From Eledone cirrhosa (Eukaryota): a DNA stretch of 64,000 nucleotides. The notes beneath the pieces were generated by a model. It did not search any database, was not told where the DNA came from, and was given only the letters and a program-made list of their open reading frames with translations. The translations under genes and the position numbers were made by a program. Positions 25,501 to 37,130 of the stretch are shown here, one piece after another (the first letter of the stretch is position 1; every line of letters begins with the position of its first letter). The stretch covers positions 34,782,001 through 34,846,000 of the forward strand of contig OZ024741.1 in assembly GCA_964016885.1 (NCBI GenBank). The letters run 5' to 3'.

Positions 25501-27343
25501 CACCAGTATGACCACCTAATAAGGTGAACTGAATCTCCCTGAGAAATACGTTAAGAGTAAACATTTTCATGGAATGCTCAGCCATTTCATTATCATCATC
25601 ACCATTTAACGTCCATTTTTCCACTCTAGCATGGGTTAGACATTTGTCCCATTGTGAGACAAGCCAGATCATATGACCATGTCTTGCTCATACGGAACTG
25701 ATTTTGGCTTGGTTTCTATGGCTGGATGCCACTCCTGATGCCGACCACATTTACAGAGTGGACTGGGTGCTATTTGTCGTTACACTTACATGACCACTTT
25801 ACAGTGTGGACTGGGCACTTTTTATTGATACCTACATGGCCACTTTACAGTGTGGATTGTGTGCTTTTTGTCATGTCACCAACATGACCACTTTACAGTG
25901 TGGACTAGAGGATAGGGTTGGGGAGGTGCATGAGAAAGCAAGCTGTCCTGTTGATTGAACAACTGGAATACTCATTGTCAAAACTCATAGGGATCCATTT
26001 CATTCTCTTTTATTCCCTTCCATACAACTAATTGTAGAATAATCAAGTTGGAAGAGAGAGTCGTGATATATTATATGAATAATGTATGTAAAAAAAATAT
26101 TTTATATCTTACCAATCTTAACAAAATCATCTTCTGCCAGTTCTCCCAATCCAATTAAATCAAAAAACTGACGATTCCAATTTCCTGGACTATCCTCAGA
26201 TGACTGGTACGTCCATTTACATGTTACTGAACATAGAGATCTAGGAGACAAAAGAAAGAATTACAACAACAACAACAAGCATTTTAAGGCCATTTTCTAA
26301 GGCATGAGTTAACATGATCCTCATTATGAGGTCCTTTTTGAGGCAATGGTTTACAGCTTGATGCTTTCTTGATGTAAACCCTTTTAGTTACTTCTTACAA
26401 TGCACAGTGATATGGTGTACCTATTCTAAACTGGGTACTCAAATAAAAAAGTCTCACTGAATGATTAATTACTGGGACCACTATCATTAAAACCCCTAAG
26501 GAGCTGGGATGACTTGACAGCATTATAGGCTGTAAAGAATGGAAATATATCCCACAAAACATGTTTGATCTCCTACTGACAATCTACTGCACTCTGTGTG
26601 CAATATATAATATGAAAAAAGGAAAAGGGGCCAATAGTCAGACTGAAGTAAGGATTCAATGTTTACATTGGTCATTTCATTGTTTATCTGCTGGCCACAA
26701 CTCTAAGAAAAAGGAAGCAGGATTTGAATTCAAAATACAGAGCTAGATCAGATACTGCAAATATCCCATCCAATTCTTAAACAATTCCACCAATCCACTA
26801 CCTTTGGACTGAAAACAAAGTGGACTTTGGTGGATTGTGACCTCAGAATGCAATGAGCCAGAACAAATTCAGAGACATTTAATCCAACACTCTAATGACT
26901 CTGCCATTGTAAAAGATATAATATAGAATACATACCTTGAATCATGACCAGTGGCTCTCCAGGTAAGAAAATCAGGTAAATCATAAAAATATCTAGCTTT
27001 CTGCCAAGTATCTGGAAGATTCTAGAGAAGAAGACAAATCATTTTACAAGAAAATAAACAATTTCATACTAAACAGAGATTTTCAATAGAAAAACAGTAT
27101 TCATTCTTTTATACATTTACTGGTTTCAAGGATGTCAGTCTATCATATTGACTTCAGTACTTATTCTATGAATCACATGATTACATTAATGGTTAACATA
27201 AATGGATGCAACTCAATACATGGTTTTATGCAGGCATGAATTCACTGACACAAATATCTGTGTGTGTGCATGTATATATATGTGTGTGTGTATATATATA
27301 TATATAGAGAGAGAGAGAACTCTTTTTTCCAACGGAATTACTT

Positions 27344-27398
<55 letters not shown>

Positions 27399-30300
27399 AT
27401 CTCAGGTAGGCTAGCAAAGAATGTAGGCTTTATATGTGGCTGATGCACAGGTGCGGTAAGTAGCAAGAGTTCACAAGATACAAGCTCATTTAAATGCCCA
27501 GAGGGCTCTGTAGAAGCAGTAAATAGTTTCTGTTACCTAGGTGACCAAATTAGCAGTGGCGGAGGGTATTCCCAAAAGCAGTGTAGTCAGAGTGCTAGCT
27601 ACAAAAGGTTTTTCCCTAAAAATGAAGGGCAGATTGTATGATGCATGTATATGAACAACAATGTTGCATGGTAGTGAGACATGGGTGTTGTGTGCAGAAG
27701 ACATGTGAAGATTGGAAAGAAATCAAGCTTGCATGCTCCATTGGATATGTAAATACATGAACAGCAAAGAATAAATGAACTGAGAGAGAAACTGGGCATA
27801 AGAAAGATCATATGCAGTGTGCAGGAGAGGATATTGTGTTGGTATGGACATCTGATGTGTCTGAAGGATAATAGCTGTATAAAAAGATGCAGGGCACTCA
27901 AAATTGATGGAAGCTATGGAAGAAGAAGACCTAGGAAGGCTTAAGATGAGGTGATAAAGCTGACCTCACATAATTGGATCAGATGCACCTCTCTTAACCA
28001 ACCCATGCATACAAGCATGGAAAGCTGAACATGCTCACCTCCAATGCTGCTGACATGGCTAAAAGCTTTCAGTTCACCCTGTAATGTGGTCACGTTGGTG
28101 ACCAAACAAAAGCCCCTCGTCCATCATGTCAGGTGCTCATGTTGGTGTTCTGACAAAAGAGCACCTAGTCTTCCCTGTAAGGTGACAATGACAAAAGATC
28201 ACCTAGCCCTCTCTGCAAAGTGGTCATGTTGGAGACATGACAAATAAGCAGTCAGTCGACCCTGTAAGTAGGTCATGATGGTGACACAACAAAAAGAGCC
28301 CAGTCTACACCATAAAGTGGTTGTGATGGTGTCACAACAAAAAGTGCCTAGTCCACACTGTAAAGTGGTCATCCAGTACTGGGCTCCAAAACTATGGTTC
28401 TGCTGCGAGATGGATTCAGCATGGCCAACTGGTCTGTTTCTCCTCATAATGGTGCCATCCAGTTCCATAGTGTAAATGTGGTTGGTGTTAGGAAGGGCAT
28501 CCAGCTGTAAAATCTCCAGCCAAATTTACAGTCCTCATTGCAGCAAGGTATGGTGTGGCCAACTCTGGCCAGACTTGTCACCCAACTCCCAACATTGATG
28601 ACCTGTCGAACCCATGCAAACATGGAAGAATGGAGACTAAACGATGATGATGATCTATATATATATATACATATTTGATGATGATCCATATATATCATCA
28701 TCAACATCGCTTAACGTCTATCTTCCACGCTAACATGGGTTAGACGGGAGTCGTCCCACTTGAGGCAAGATTGGTAGGGTGACCATGTCTCGCTCGTATA
28801 GGACTATCTGGCAGGTTTTCTACGGCTGGATGCTCTTCCTAACACCAACCACGTTTACAGTGTGGACTGGGAACTTTTTACCATGTTACCTACACGCCCA
28901 CATTACAGTGTGGACTGTGTGTTTTTTTTGTCATGACACCTACATGACCTCATTAGTTTGGACTGGATGTTGTGGTACCAACATAACTTTACAGAGAAAG
29001 GGTGGTGTTGGTGGGAGTGGGATGATGGAGTAGGGGTAGTGGGTTGGGGTATATATTTGGTTAAACGGTGTCTACTGACTGTAGGGTTCGCTTTGTACAT
29101 AGGCAAGGCGGGTCTTCTGTATTACTGCGTGGTGCCAAAGATCTCGGTCCAGTGACATTGTCTTAGAGAGGTGCAAGTGTGTAAGGTCGGAATTTATCAA
29201 ATTGTCCCAGGTTTTTCTGGGTCTACCTACTCCGTAACTTCCATCAATTTTGATCGCCCTGCACTTTTTTTATACAGCTGTCGTCTTTCATGCGCATCAC
29301 GTGACCATACCAATGAAGTCTTCTCTCGAGTAAACAACATCTGATCCCTCTTATTCCTAATTTCTCACTTAGTTCATTTATGTTTTGTCCTTCGCGTATA
29401 TTGCTATTACACATCCAACGGAGCATGCATGCTTCGTTCCTTTCCAGTCTGCGCAGGTCTTCTGCACACAATGCCCATGTCTCACTGCCATGTAACATTG
29501 CTGTTCGTATACAGGAATCATACAATCTGCCTTTCATTTTTAGAGAGAAACCTTTTGTGGCCAACAGCGGTATAAGCTCTCTGAACTTTTTCCATATATA
29601 TATATATATGCATCACTGAACTTGCAAAACTTAACACCATTCATTTTGTAATACAAAACTTCCTTTCATATAAGAAAAGATAAAAATGTAAATATAGCAA
29701 ATAGTGCTTTTCTTACCTCCTTAATCCAGAGAAGTTTAGGTGGCTGCATTTCAACAAACATAGTGCCTCCCAAATTCTTGAGAACCTCATCTTTAGTTTC
29801 ACTGATCCTGTCAGCCTGCTCTTTAGCACGGTGATCCATCCACATAATTACATTCCACTTATTTTCGCCTGAAAAACCAATAAAAGTTGAGACAAGACTC
29901 TTAATTGAACTTCAAATGTAAAGATGATAGTCAGCTAAAAAGTTCATAGGCTGAATATGAAGGAGTGATGCATTAATTTCAACAATTTCTTCTTAATAAC
30001 TGCATTGTTTCTTTCCAGAGACTATGTTGAAGAATAAACCTCATTTGGTCATTCCGTGAGAGTATCTTAGTCTTCAGTCAACCCTCATATAGACATACAA
30101 CTTTTTGGGTAATCATATAATGTTTGTAATAAAATATGAAAGAGAAAGAGAAAATTAAATATCAAAAGTAAAGAGAAGTGGAGAGGGAGCATCAGATTCT
30201 ATGCCCCAGTCTAAACAGTATATCTCAGCTGCGCTCTGTGGACGAAATGGTGAAGGCATTGCCATGGAGAATGGCCAGTGACACCTGCTGCATCAGTCAT

Positions 30301-33300
30301 TCCACATCACATGGTTCCTTCTCCAGGTGAGATGCTCTCTTCCTAATTTAGCAGAATAAAACAGCAGTTCAGGGACTGAGGACATGAGAGGTTTCAAAAG
30401 TGACTGACATGAAAAGGAAGCAGTCAGTTAAGTCCCAGTATTTCGCTATCTTCCACTCCAACAAAATAAAAATGAAAAATAAGAAGAATATCACTGACCT
30501 GAAGGGCTAACAGTTAGAGGTTGACCATCAGCATTTAGCACAACAAGTGAACATGTTGAATCAAATCCAATACCTTTGATATTCTTTGATGTTACTTGAC
30601 CAATAGCCATTACACTCTAGAGAAAAATGTCATGGGAAATATGTGATTCACACACCAAATCACAGAATATTAAGTTAAAGTTATCATCACAAAAGATAAG
30701 AAAGATGTATTCATGAGTTTTTTTTTATTGAATAATAATAATATTTGATTTGTTTGCAAACAAACAGCCTCATTACATTATGTTTTTTATATGATCATTG
30801 CCATCCTTTTGTTCTAGCAGTGATAAAGAGGAACTAGATTGTTCCTCTCTGTCACTGCTAAAACAAAAGGATGGCGATAGTCATCTAAAAAACAGAGCAC
30901 AATGAGGCTGTTTGTTTGCAAACGAATCAAATATTATTATTATTCAATAAAAATAATAAAAAAACTCACAAATATATTTATGTATCTGCTATGTTAGAGT
31001 AAAAAACCAAATTCTAATTTTGATAAGAAAGATGTTAACCATTTTGTTACCATATTTCTAATGAAAGATACTGCTTATGATTTTTAAATAATTTTGAAAA
31101 TAATCAAAAAATTTGCACTTATTTAGTAATGTAACTATTACATTATTAACCTGATGTTTTGAGCCTAATTTCATTACCATATTTTTGATGATATAAACAC
31201 CATTTCAATTAAAAATGAAGAATTTTAAAGGATTTACTATTGATTATTTCATTACTAGTATAGATTTCCTTACTAGTTAAGATAGGAACTTAACAAAGTT
31301 CCTATATAAATTTTGGAAGATTTTAATTTAAATAGGAACTCTAAAAAATGGGTGGTTTTGTTTTTTAGAACCAGAGCTAGTTTTGGCAAGATTGATATAA
31401 AAAGCATTAAAAATTTTCTTAGTACAAGCCAAATAGTTGACGGGTCCTCCATCAGTTTAAACACTAAGCAATGAATTGTTCAATAGATTGTATGTCCAAC
31501 TCATATAAGTAGCTAAGTATTTCACAAACATGTTTACTTTCACTGTAATTCACAAGCTGAATAAGCATGACACAACATGTAATAAGGCAGCACCCTTGAA
31601 TTATAGATACAGTTCATTTCATTTCAGTTCATTGTGTAAGTGGTTGTGTATTACATGAGAAGTATTCAGTTACTCAAACAACTCAATTACAACTCATGAA
31701 TTAACCCTTTTGTTACCAAACCACCTGAAACCGGCTCTGGTTATATGAAACAAAACCACCTATTTTGGAGGTTCTTATTTAAATTTTCCGCATAATTTTA
31801 TATAAGGACCATATCTTAAATTACTATCTTAGTAATGAAATAATTAATAATTTTAGTAAATCCTTCAACATTTTCCATTAATTAATTGAAATAGAGTGTA
31901 TTTTATTAGAAATACAGTAATGAAAGGGTTAACAAGCAAGTAGCAAAGTATTCCACAGGCATGTGTACAGGGTTGGATTTAAACCTTGAGGGGCCTGGGG
32001 CACTTCAGGTTTGGGGGACCCCACATACACAAAAAATTAGAATATACATCAAACCCCACCCCCTCAATTTTAAATATCAAAGTTTACTTGGTGCAAGTAA
32101 TTGGAATTGAAAAGTTATACAAATAAGTATTAAATTAAAAAATTCTAACCATCCTAAAACTAAAAAGCCCAGCTGAGGGCACAAATAAATTGCTACAGCC
32201 ATTGCTGGTGGGGGTCTCCCATTGGAGGGGGCCCAGGGAAATTGCCCCCTTTGTCCCCCATTAAATCCGGCCCTGCATGTGAACCCTTAATATAATTCAC
32301 AAGCCAAATCAGTATGACACAATGTGACAAGGTTGGACCTTTGAATTCCAGGTACAATTCATCCAATGGACTTCTTCAGTTTCCATCTATCCACTTTCAC
32401 TCACAAGACTAATGTTAACCCAAGGCTATGGTAAAAATACATGCCTAAGATACCTTGTGGCATCAAACTCAGGTCATCATAATTACTAAGTGAATTTTTA
32501 AACTCAACTTTAACTGTTTTCAACAGATTTGTAGCTTTCAGAAAGGAGTATTTAGGATTTATGGGTTAGAACCATATTTCATAGAGGGATGATGATCTGT
32601 CTATTGATGCCAGCATTTAAAAATAGAGATTAACCCTTCTGTGACAATATTTTAATTGAAATACACTGTATTTCATATCAATTAATTAACAATCGGGAAG
32701 GATTTTCTAAAATTATTCATTATTTCATTATCTACTCTCAGGTTGCAAATAATAGGGGGTGGGTGGAGGAATAAGTGTGGGGGAGGGGGTCGGAATCAGT
32801 AATTGTATAGTGCACTAAAAATATAGGATTTCTTGTAATATTCTTCTTTTGTCACATAATTTTTTTTAAATGTAAAATAAAATTATTATTAGATTCTCCA
32901 GCTGCTGTATCAATATGAAAGACTTACAATAACATTTTACCAGAGATAGATTAGCAAAATTTAATAAGCGCGGTCGGGGGTGCTGAAAAATTAATAAGCA
33001 GGGAGGACAATTATTCAAGGCCTGAGAGTAGATGGTAGCATAACTAAAGAAAAGGTTATCATCATCATCATCATCATCGATTAACGTCCATCTTCCACGC
33101 TAGAATGGGTTAAATGGGTTTGTCCCATTTAGAGGCAAGTTAGGTCGGGTGACCATGTCTCGCTCATATAGGAGAGTTTCTGGCTGGTTTTCTACAGCTA
33201 GATGCCCTTCCTAACGCCAACCACATTTAGATTGTGTGCTGGGTGCTTTTTGTCATGACACCTAAGTGATCAGTTTACAGTGTGGACTGAGCACCTTTAT

Positions 33301-33718
33301 CATGTCACCAACACAACACAGTGGCGCCTGGGCACTTTTGTCTTGGAACTAGGTTGGGTGGAGGGGCGTAATTATTTTAGATTTCAATTTAAATAGGAAC
33401 CCTTTAATACAGATGGGTTTAATTCAGAACAAAAAGCAGGTTGGTATCAAAAGGGTTATAACAATGACAATCTTACAATAAAATATAGATTTTTTAAATC
33501 AAACAAAAGTGAGAAAATCAGGTTGTTGCCCTTACATTAACAGTAGTTATAACAGCAGACCAGATGTTTTCTGTAGACTGCTCACAATAATCTGGCTTTG
33601 GTTTATGAATTGAGATTCCACATGTGTGTTTAGCAATCATTGTTCCATCATTTTGAAAAAGCGCTGCTCTTACACTTTCAGTACCTACGTCAACACCAAT
33701 ATAAAGGTCACCAGACAT
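3032..33718 (-). CDS. FGGY: FGGY carbohydrate kinase domain-containing protein (D-ribulokinase-like), 15 coding exons, 1650 nt = 549 aa + stop
   Basis: Exons joined by hand: 33718-33536, 30616-30499, 29868-29717, 27021-26936, 26240-26113, 25128-24997, 23866-23775, 22498-22391, 19497-19436, 17243-17087, 16367-16293, 13752-13632, 11551-11457, 3737-3676, 3110-3032. All introns are GT-AG and phases are consistent. Motifs [46 protein letters not shown] and LGAAILGA match the FGGY family. Confidence 0.95.
3676..3737 (-). CDS. FGGY: FGGY coding exon 14 ([15 protein letters not shown])
   Basis: taacag acceptor, gtaat donor, 62 nt. Confidence 0.92.
4690..8170 (+). mobile_element. Older RTE LINE 3' portion, split by the antisense young RTE (pieces about 4690-4773 and 6990-8170)
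   Basis: The frame [21 protein letters not shown] continues as CGKENRA...GKWPCSVC after the insertion. Frameshifts and stops are present; the 3' UTR has 4 hairpin units and a (GAT)n tail. Confidence 0.85.
4774..6989 (-). mobile_element. 5'-truncated young RTE-clade LINE (RT ORF open 6989-5259, structured 3' UTR, (GAT)n tail)
   Basis: RT motifs [53 protein letters not shown] and GRPRKTW; 4-bp TSD GTAT at 4770-4773 and 6990-6993. Confidence 0.93.
10395..10722 (-). mobile_element. tRNA-derived CORE-type SINE with RTE 3' tail
   Basis: A/B boxes (TGGCTTAGTGG, GAGTTCAATTC), a CORE-like CCTTGAGCAAGACACTT, then the RTE tail GGAAGGGCATCCAGC...GGACGTAAAATG. A truncated relative lies at about 14628-14846 (+). 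Confidence 0.8.
11282..11340 (+). ncRNA. Degenerate hammerhead-like motif at the 3' end of the Penelope-like element
   Basis: CUGAUGA-G...CAGAUAUCAUC(CCAU)GAUGAUAUUUG...GAAA; stems I and III are eroded. Confidence 0.45.
11457..11551 (-). CDS. FGGY: FGGY coding exon 13 ([16 protein letters not shown])
   Basis: tgtgcag acceptor, gtaagt donor, 95 nt. Confidence 0.95.
11590..11878 (-). mobile_element. tRNA-derived CORE-type SINE with a different tail
   Basis: TGGCCGAGTGG A box, GAGTTCGATTCC B box, CCTTGAGCAAGACACTT core; the 3' boundary is approximate. Confidence 0.65.
11958..12633 (+). mobile_element. RTE LINE 3' fragment inside a (TA)n tract
   Basis: [12 protein letters not shown]...RRLRWYGHV, close to the 4774-6989 copy; 3' UTR and (GAT)n tail. 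Confidence 0.9.
13279..13570 (+). mobile_element. tRNA-derived CORE-type SINE
   Basis: Same head and core as 10395-10722, with a third type of tail. Confidence 0.65.
13632..13752 (-). CDS. FGGY: FGGY coding exon 12 (YGTKHII...[20 protein letters not shown])
   Basis: tttttcag acceptor, gtaagt donor, 121 nt. Confidence 0.94.
14867..14960 (+). ncRNA. Type I hammerhead ribozyme-like motif
   Basis: ACCGUC-CUGAUGA-A-GGCC(AGUCAA)GGCU-GAAAUGCAUA-GACGGU; stem I is extended by AAGCA/UGCUU and GUCCAGCAG/CUGCUGGAC. Confidence 0.75.
16293..16367 (-). CDS. FGGY: FGGY coding exon 11 (ISGLKLS...[10 protein letters not shown])
   Basis: tttacag acceptor, gtgagt donor, 75 nt. Confidence 0.94.
17087..17243 (-). 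CDS. FGGY: FGGY coding exon 10 ([22 protein letters not shown])
   Basis: ttgtag acceptor, gtatgt donor, 157 nt. Confidence 0.95.
17632..17735 (+). ncRNA. Hammerhead ribozyme-like motif with long stem II
   Basis: ACU-CUGAUGA-GUCC...(about 65-nt hairpin)...GGAA-GAAACAAUUGUC-AGU; palindromic stem III; G10.1 lacks its C partner. Confidence 0.65.
17930..18004 (-). ncRNA. Hammerhead ribozyme-like motif
   Basis: GCUGU-CUGAUGA-(stem II ACGGCA/UGUCGU, UGG/CCA, ACAC/GUGU)-GAAAUAUGUAUC-ACAGC; perfect 5-bp stem I; AUC triplet. Confidence 0.7.
19068..19103 (-). ncRNA. Minimal (Penelope-type) hammerhead ribozyme motif
   Basis: UCUU-CUGAUGA-A-GGAC(UAGC)GUCC-GAAACGUU-AAGA; all stems paired; palindromic stem III. 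Confidence 0.75.
19436..19497 (-). CDS. FGGY: FGGY coding exon 9 ([21 protein letters not shown])
   Basis: ttttctag acceptor, gtaag donor, 62 nt. Confidence 0.9.
19670..20420 (-). mobile_element. Head-to-tail cluster of 4-5 SINE copies
   Basis: Repeated GGCACAAGGCCAGCAATT...GGATGAAAGGCAAA blocks, each inserted at the (ATT)n tail of a neighbour. Confidence 0.8.
21569..22155 (+). mobile_element. Solo LTR related to the 60939-61673 LTR, in FGGY intron 8
   Basis: TGTAACGG...CCACTACA termini; TSD ACAG on both sides; shared CGGCGAAGATTCGAAA and TCTGGGAC blocks. Confidence 0.85.
22391..22498 (-). CDS. FGGY: FGGY coding exon 8 ([30 protein letters not shown])
   Basis: Weak AAG acceptor (caataaaag), gtaagt donor, 108 nt, in phase. 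Confidence 0.92.
23775..23866 (-). CDS. FGGY: FGGY coding exon 7 ([14 protein letters not shown])
   Basis: cttttag acceptor, gtatt donor, 92 nt. Confidence 0.92.
24997..25128 (-). CDS. FGGY: FGGY coding exon 6 (SPGENV...[17 protein letters not shown])
   Basis: aacag acceptor, gtaagt donor, 132 nt. Confidence 0.94.
26113..26240 (-). CDS. FGGY: FGGY coding exon 5 ([11 protein letters not shown]...[15 protein letters not shown])
   Basis: cctag acceptor, gtaag donor, 128 nt. Confidence 0.95.
26936..27021 (-). CDS. FGGY: FGGY coding exon 4 ([25 protein letters not shown])
   Basis: ctctag acceptor, gtatgt donor, 86 nt. Confidence 0.95.
27396..28655 (+). mobile_element. Decayed RTE LINE 3' portion with expanded, diverged 3' UTR units
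   Basis: Similar to 7125-7690; several degenerate CTGTAAAGTGG units; (GAT)n tail. Confidence 0.8.
28692..29595 (-). mobile_element. RTE LINE 3' fragment (young family)
   Basis: [30 protein letters not shown]; 3' UTR and tail match 4774-5660. Confidence 0.9.
29717..29868 (-). CDS. FGGY: FGGY coding exon 3 ([10 protein letters not shown]...[12 protein letters not shown])
   Basis: tttttcag acceptor, gtaaga donor, 152 nt. Confidence 0.95.
30499..30616 (-). CDS. FGGY: FGGY coding exon 2 (SVMAIGQ...[13 protein letters not shown]...SG)
   Basis: ttttctctag acceptor, gtcagt donor, 118 nt. Confidence 0.93.
30708..30974. repeat. Long inverted repeat (fold-back, arms about 115-125 bp)
   Basis: Arms are complementary around GAGGAAC-TAGATT-GTTCCTC at 30828-30847. 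Confidence 0.85.
31705..31928. mobile_element. piggyBac-type MITE
   Basis: TTAA|CCCTTT...AAAGGG|TTAA. Confidence 0.7.
31968..32275. mobile_element. hAT-type MITE
   Basis: TIR CAGGG(TT/CC)GGATTTAA; 8-bp TSD CATGTGTA/CATGTGAA. Confidence 0.85.
32735..33028. mobile_element. Tc1/mariner-superfamily MITE
   Basis: TA|CTCTCAGG ... CCTGAGAG|TA termini. Confidence 0.6.
33536..33718 (-). CDS. FGGY: FGGY coding exon 1 ([21 protein letters not shown]...ITTVN)
   Basis: ATG at 33718; GTAAG donor after 33536; upstream acceptor ctaacag puts the exon start at 33735. Confidence 0.93.
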
Positions 33719-36700
33719 TCTTGGCAATCAAAATCCTGTTAGAAAAAGATATGTTAATGAAGAAAATTAGATTAGTAAAGGCAATGTTCATGAAAATGAG
33801 ACAGTCTTGGAGTTTTCAGGAATATATCACAAGATAATTTCACATAGATGTAAGTTGTAAAAACAATGCAGTAAATAAAGAGATATTACAGAATCCTCAA
33901 TTTAATGGATTGTCTAACAAACGTAATCTGAATAATTGTTTCTACTTTTGGCACAAGACCAGCAATTACCTCAGTACATTACTGGTACTTTATCTTATTG
34001 ACCCCGTAAGGATGAAAGACAAAGTTAACCTCAGCTGGATTTGAACTCAGATGTAATTTAAATAATGATTTCTAGTATAGGCACAAGGCCAGAAATTTGG
34101 GGGAGGGGAAAGTCAATTAAATCAACCCCAGTACGCTACTGGTGCTTTATTCTATCGACCCTGTACGGATGAAAGGCAAAGTTAACCTCGGCGGGATTTG
34201 AACTCAGACCATAAAGGGCCGTAACTCTATGCTGCAAAGCATGGTGTCTGACACTCTACTGATACTGCCAATCCACATGACAGAAAGTTAGTGAAGTTAG
34301 TGCAGAATACACCAGGGTTGTTTAGGCAGTGATAGAAATGGTGTGGGTATGTAGGTGACTGACTTTATAGCCCTCCCCTTTTCTTTACTAACCTTAGCCT
34401 CTTGGATCTTAGTGTACCTTTAGCTTCTAAAACACCTTTCCATCACTGCGTAACCCTTTAGCATTTACATTACTCTATATTTATCATTATATTTTCACGG
34501 TAAAGGCTTTACCTCACATAATTATCTCAATATCGAAGCCATGAGATTTTGATATTGTTTATTTTGAGAACAATACCTTTGCATAAGTATGAGTGGCTAG
34601 TTACAGCTGGTTTGAACAGAAAGAAGTGAGGGAATTCTGGCCGGATACAGCTGGTTTAAATGCTAAAGGGTTAAGTCTGCATGAGGATGTAGAAACACAG
34701 AAGATATATTTTTAGGAGAATGTTTTAAAAAGAAGTACTTGGTTAAAATCAAAGACTTTAGTCTGCATTTTTTCACCTAATGAAAGTTTATAATTTAGTA
34801 AACAGACGAATTAGTAGAGTTGTTAGAGCATAATAAGACAAAATGCCTTGCAGTATTAGTATATATTCTGACTATCAGCACTCTGAGTTCAAATTGCACC
34901 AAGGTCCACTTTGTTTTTCATCTTTATAGAGATCAATAAAACAAAGAACAAGCCTAGAGTGATGAATTCACAAAATTGTTAAATACTTTGCAGCATTTTT
35001 TCTGGGTCTTAGCATTTAGTTTAAACCCCACTATGATTTCCTTGAGTGGTGGAGTTAATCAGCCACCTGGTCTTTGGTGGGTGGATTACAGGGCCCATCA
35101 TGTTGCACGAATTCAGGTTGGGTTTCCAGTTTGAGAATACATTCTAATTAATCTCAAAGAACTTGAAAAGAATCATTGACCCTGCCTGTCCCTCTCTGGC
35201 TAAACAATAAAATAAAAAACTAAAAAAATCGGGGTGAATGAATAATTTTATAAGGGCTTTCAGGCTATACATGTATGTAATCTTAACTCCTGACTGAGTC
35301 ATAGGGGCACCATCACGACATGTTAAACTTAGCAGACTCCAGGTCATAATACAGCAGATTTCTGCTCAAGAAGAGAGTGACAGAGGAAGTAAGAACAGAA
35401 GAACCTTTATCCTCAAAATTGTTGGCCTTGTCCTTAAGTCGATAAAATAAAGTATCAGTAATGCACTGGTTAATTGCTGGCCTTGTGCCAAAAGTAGAAA
35501 CAATTATTACAGCATCAGACAACATGCTTTGCAGCATAGAGCCACGTCCCTTTACATTCTGAGTTCTAATCCTGTCGAGGTTAGCTTTGCCTTTCATCCT
35601 TCTTGGATTGATAAAATAAAGTACCAGTAATGCACTGGTCTATTTACTCAACTTTCCCCTCCCCTAAAATGGTTGGCCTTGTGCCTAAATCAGAAGCGGT
35701 GGATTAGCAGTATCGGTAGAGGGTCGGACGCCATGCTTTGCAGCACAGTTACGTCCCTTTACGGACTGAGTTCAAATCCCGCCGAGGTTAACTTTGCCTT
35801 TCATCCTTACGCGGTCGATAAAATAAAGTACCAGTAATACACTGGGATAATTGCTGGCCTTGTGCCAAAAGTAGAAACAATTATTATTATTATGATTTTA
35901 AAACTACACATCGTGGGGTTTACATCGAGTAAAGGAAACAGGGACATCACCCAAGTGAAAATAGTAGGTAAAACAATAAATTTCAAAATATTAATAACGA
36001 TAGAACACAATAACAACTGTTAACTAGGATCAGTTCCCTAATGGGATGGGGGGGGGGGGGAGGGGGTAGCACTTTAGGGTAATTCCAGAGATAAGCCCAC
36101 ACGAAACCCTGGCTTACAGGCATTAAAAGTACCTTCTCCTGGTTTTTTGCCACCTGGTTAAAAAAGCAAAGTTAGAATAGGCTGAATGGGTCTACTCTGG
36201 CAATGCCCACCACTCTTACCCAGCTTTCTTGAAAACACACTGGAAGGTAATACTTCTCTCTCTGCCTTCACCTTCGTCATCAAGTGGAGGAGGAGGAGAA
36301 GAAGAAGAAGAAAACGATGACGGCGTCAAAATTGGTGAGCCTATGTGTGAGAGGTGGGGGTATATTACAGCTTCTACACCAAACAAGACCAGACTTTGGA
36401 ATAAGGCGTGCCCATCCAGAAAGCCAAAAGAGCCGTATGCGGTTCGCAGTTAACCTATGACAGTTCTATACTAAGACTGAATATGAAATAGTAATAAATG
36501 GACTGATTTGAAGATTTAAAAAAAAAAAAAAAAAAAAAATTTAAATACACTCGATGTTTTGAATCCGTAAAATTTACGTTCTGAATGCATTTACTGGTTA
36601 GGATAACTTTACTTTTCATTCTTCCGCGGTCGTTAAAATAAAGTTACTTGTGAAGTTCTAGAATCAATTTATATTGCTATAATGCATCCTAAATATGAAT

Positions 36701-36905
36701 AGAGTTATATCAGACTAAGATTTAAGATTATTTCACTGGGAACGTGTTTACTAAATAAGAGCTTAGTAATAAAAACCAAATCGGTAAAACAGTTAATTTT
36801 TCTTCTCTTTTCTTTCATAATGGAGAGAATAAATTGTAATTCTGCTGTAAAAACACCACAAGAACCGAAAATTACGCTTATACGAATTTTAATTTAAAAA
36901 AATAC

Positions 36906-37130
36906 CTGTTTGCCGAAACTTCTGTTACAAAACACACCCTAAACTGAAGACAAACAGGGAGATAACTCTAATCAGAATAATTATCGATTTAATGAACAAC
37001 GTCAAAATATTCAAATATTTGAACAATTACTGCAATGATACAAAACCAGTTACTATTACAATATTTAGAAATAGTAAAAAATAAACAAATTTAAAAAATG
37101 CTGTTATATCATAATGAAATATCGATGAAA
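36906..37130 (-). promoter_or_regulatory. Candidate FGGY non-coding first exon and promoter
   Basis: The ATG exon has a splice acceptor, so an upstream exon is needed. There is a CAG|GTATT donor at 36906/36905, DRE-like TATCGAT motifs at about 36982 and 37120, and local CpG retention. Inference only. Confidence 0.35.
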
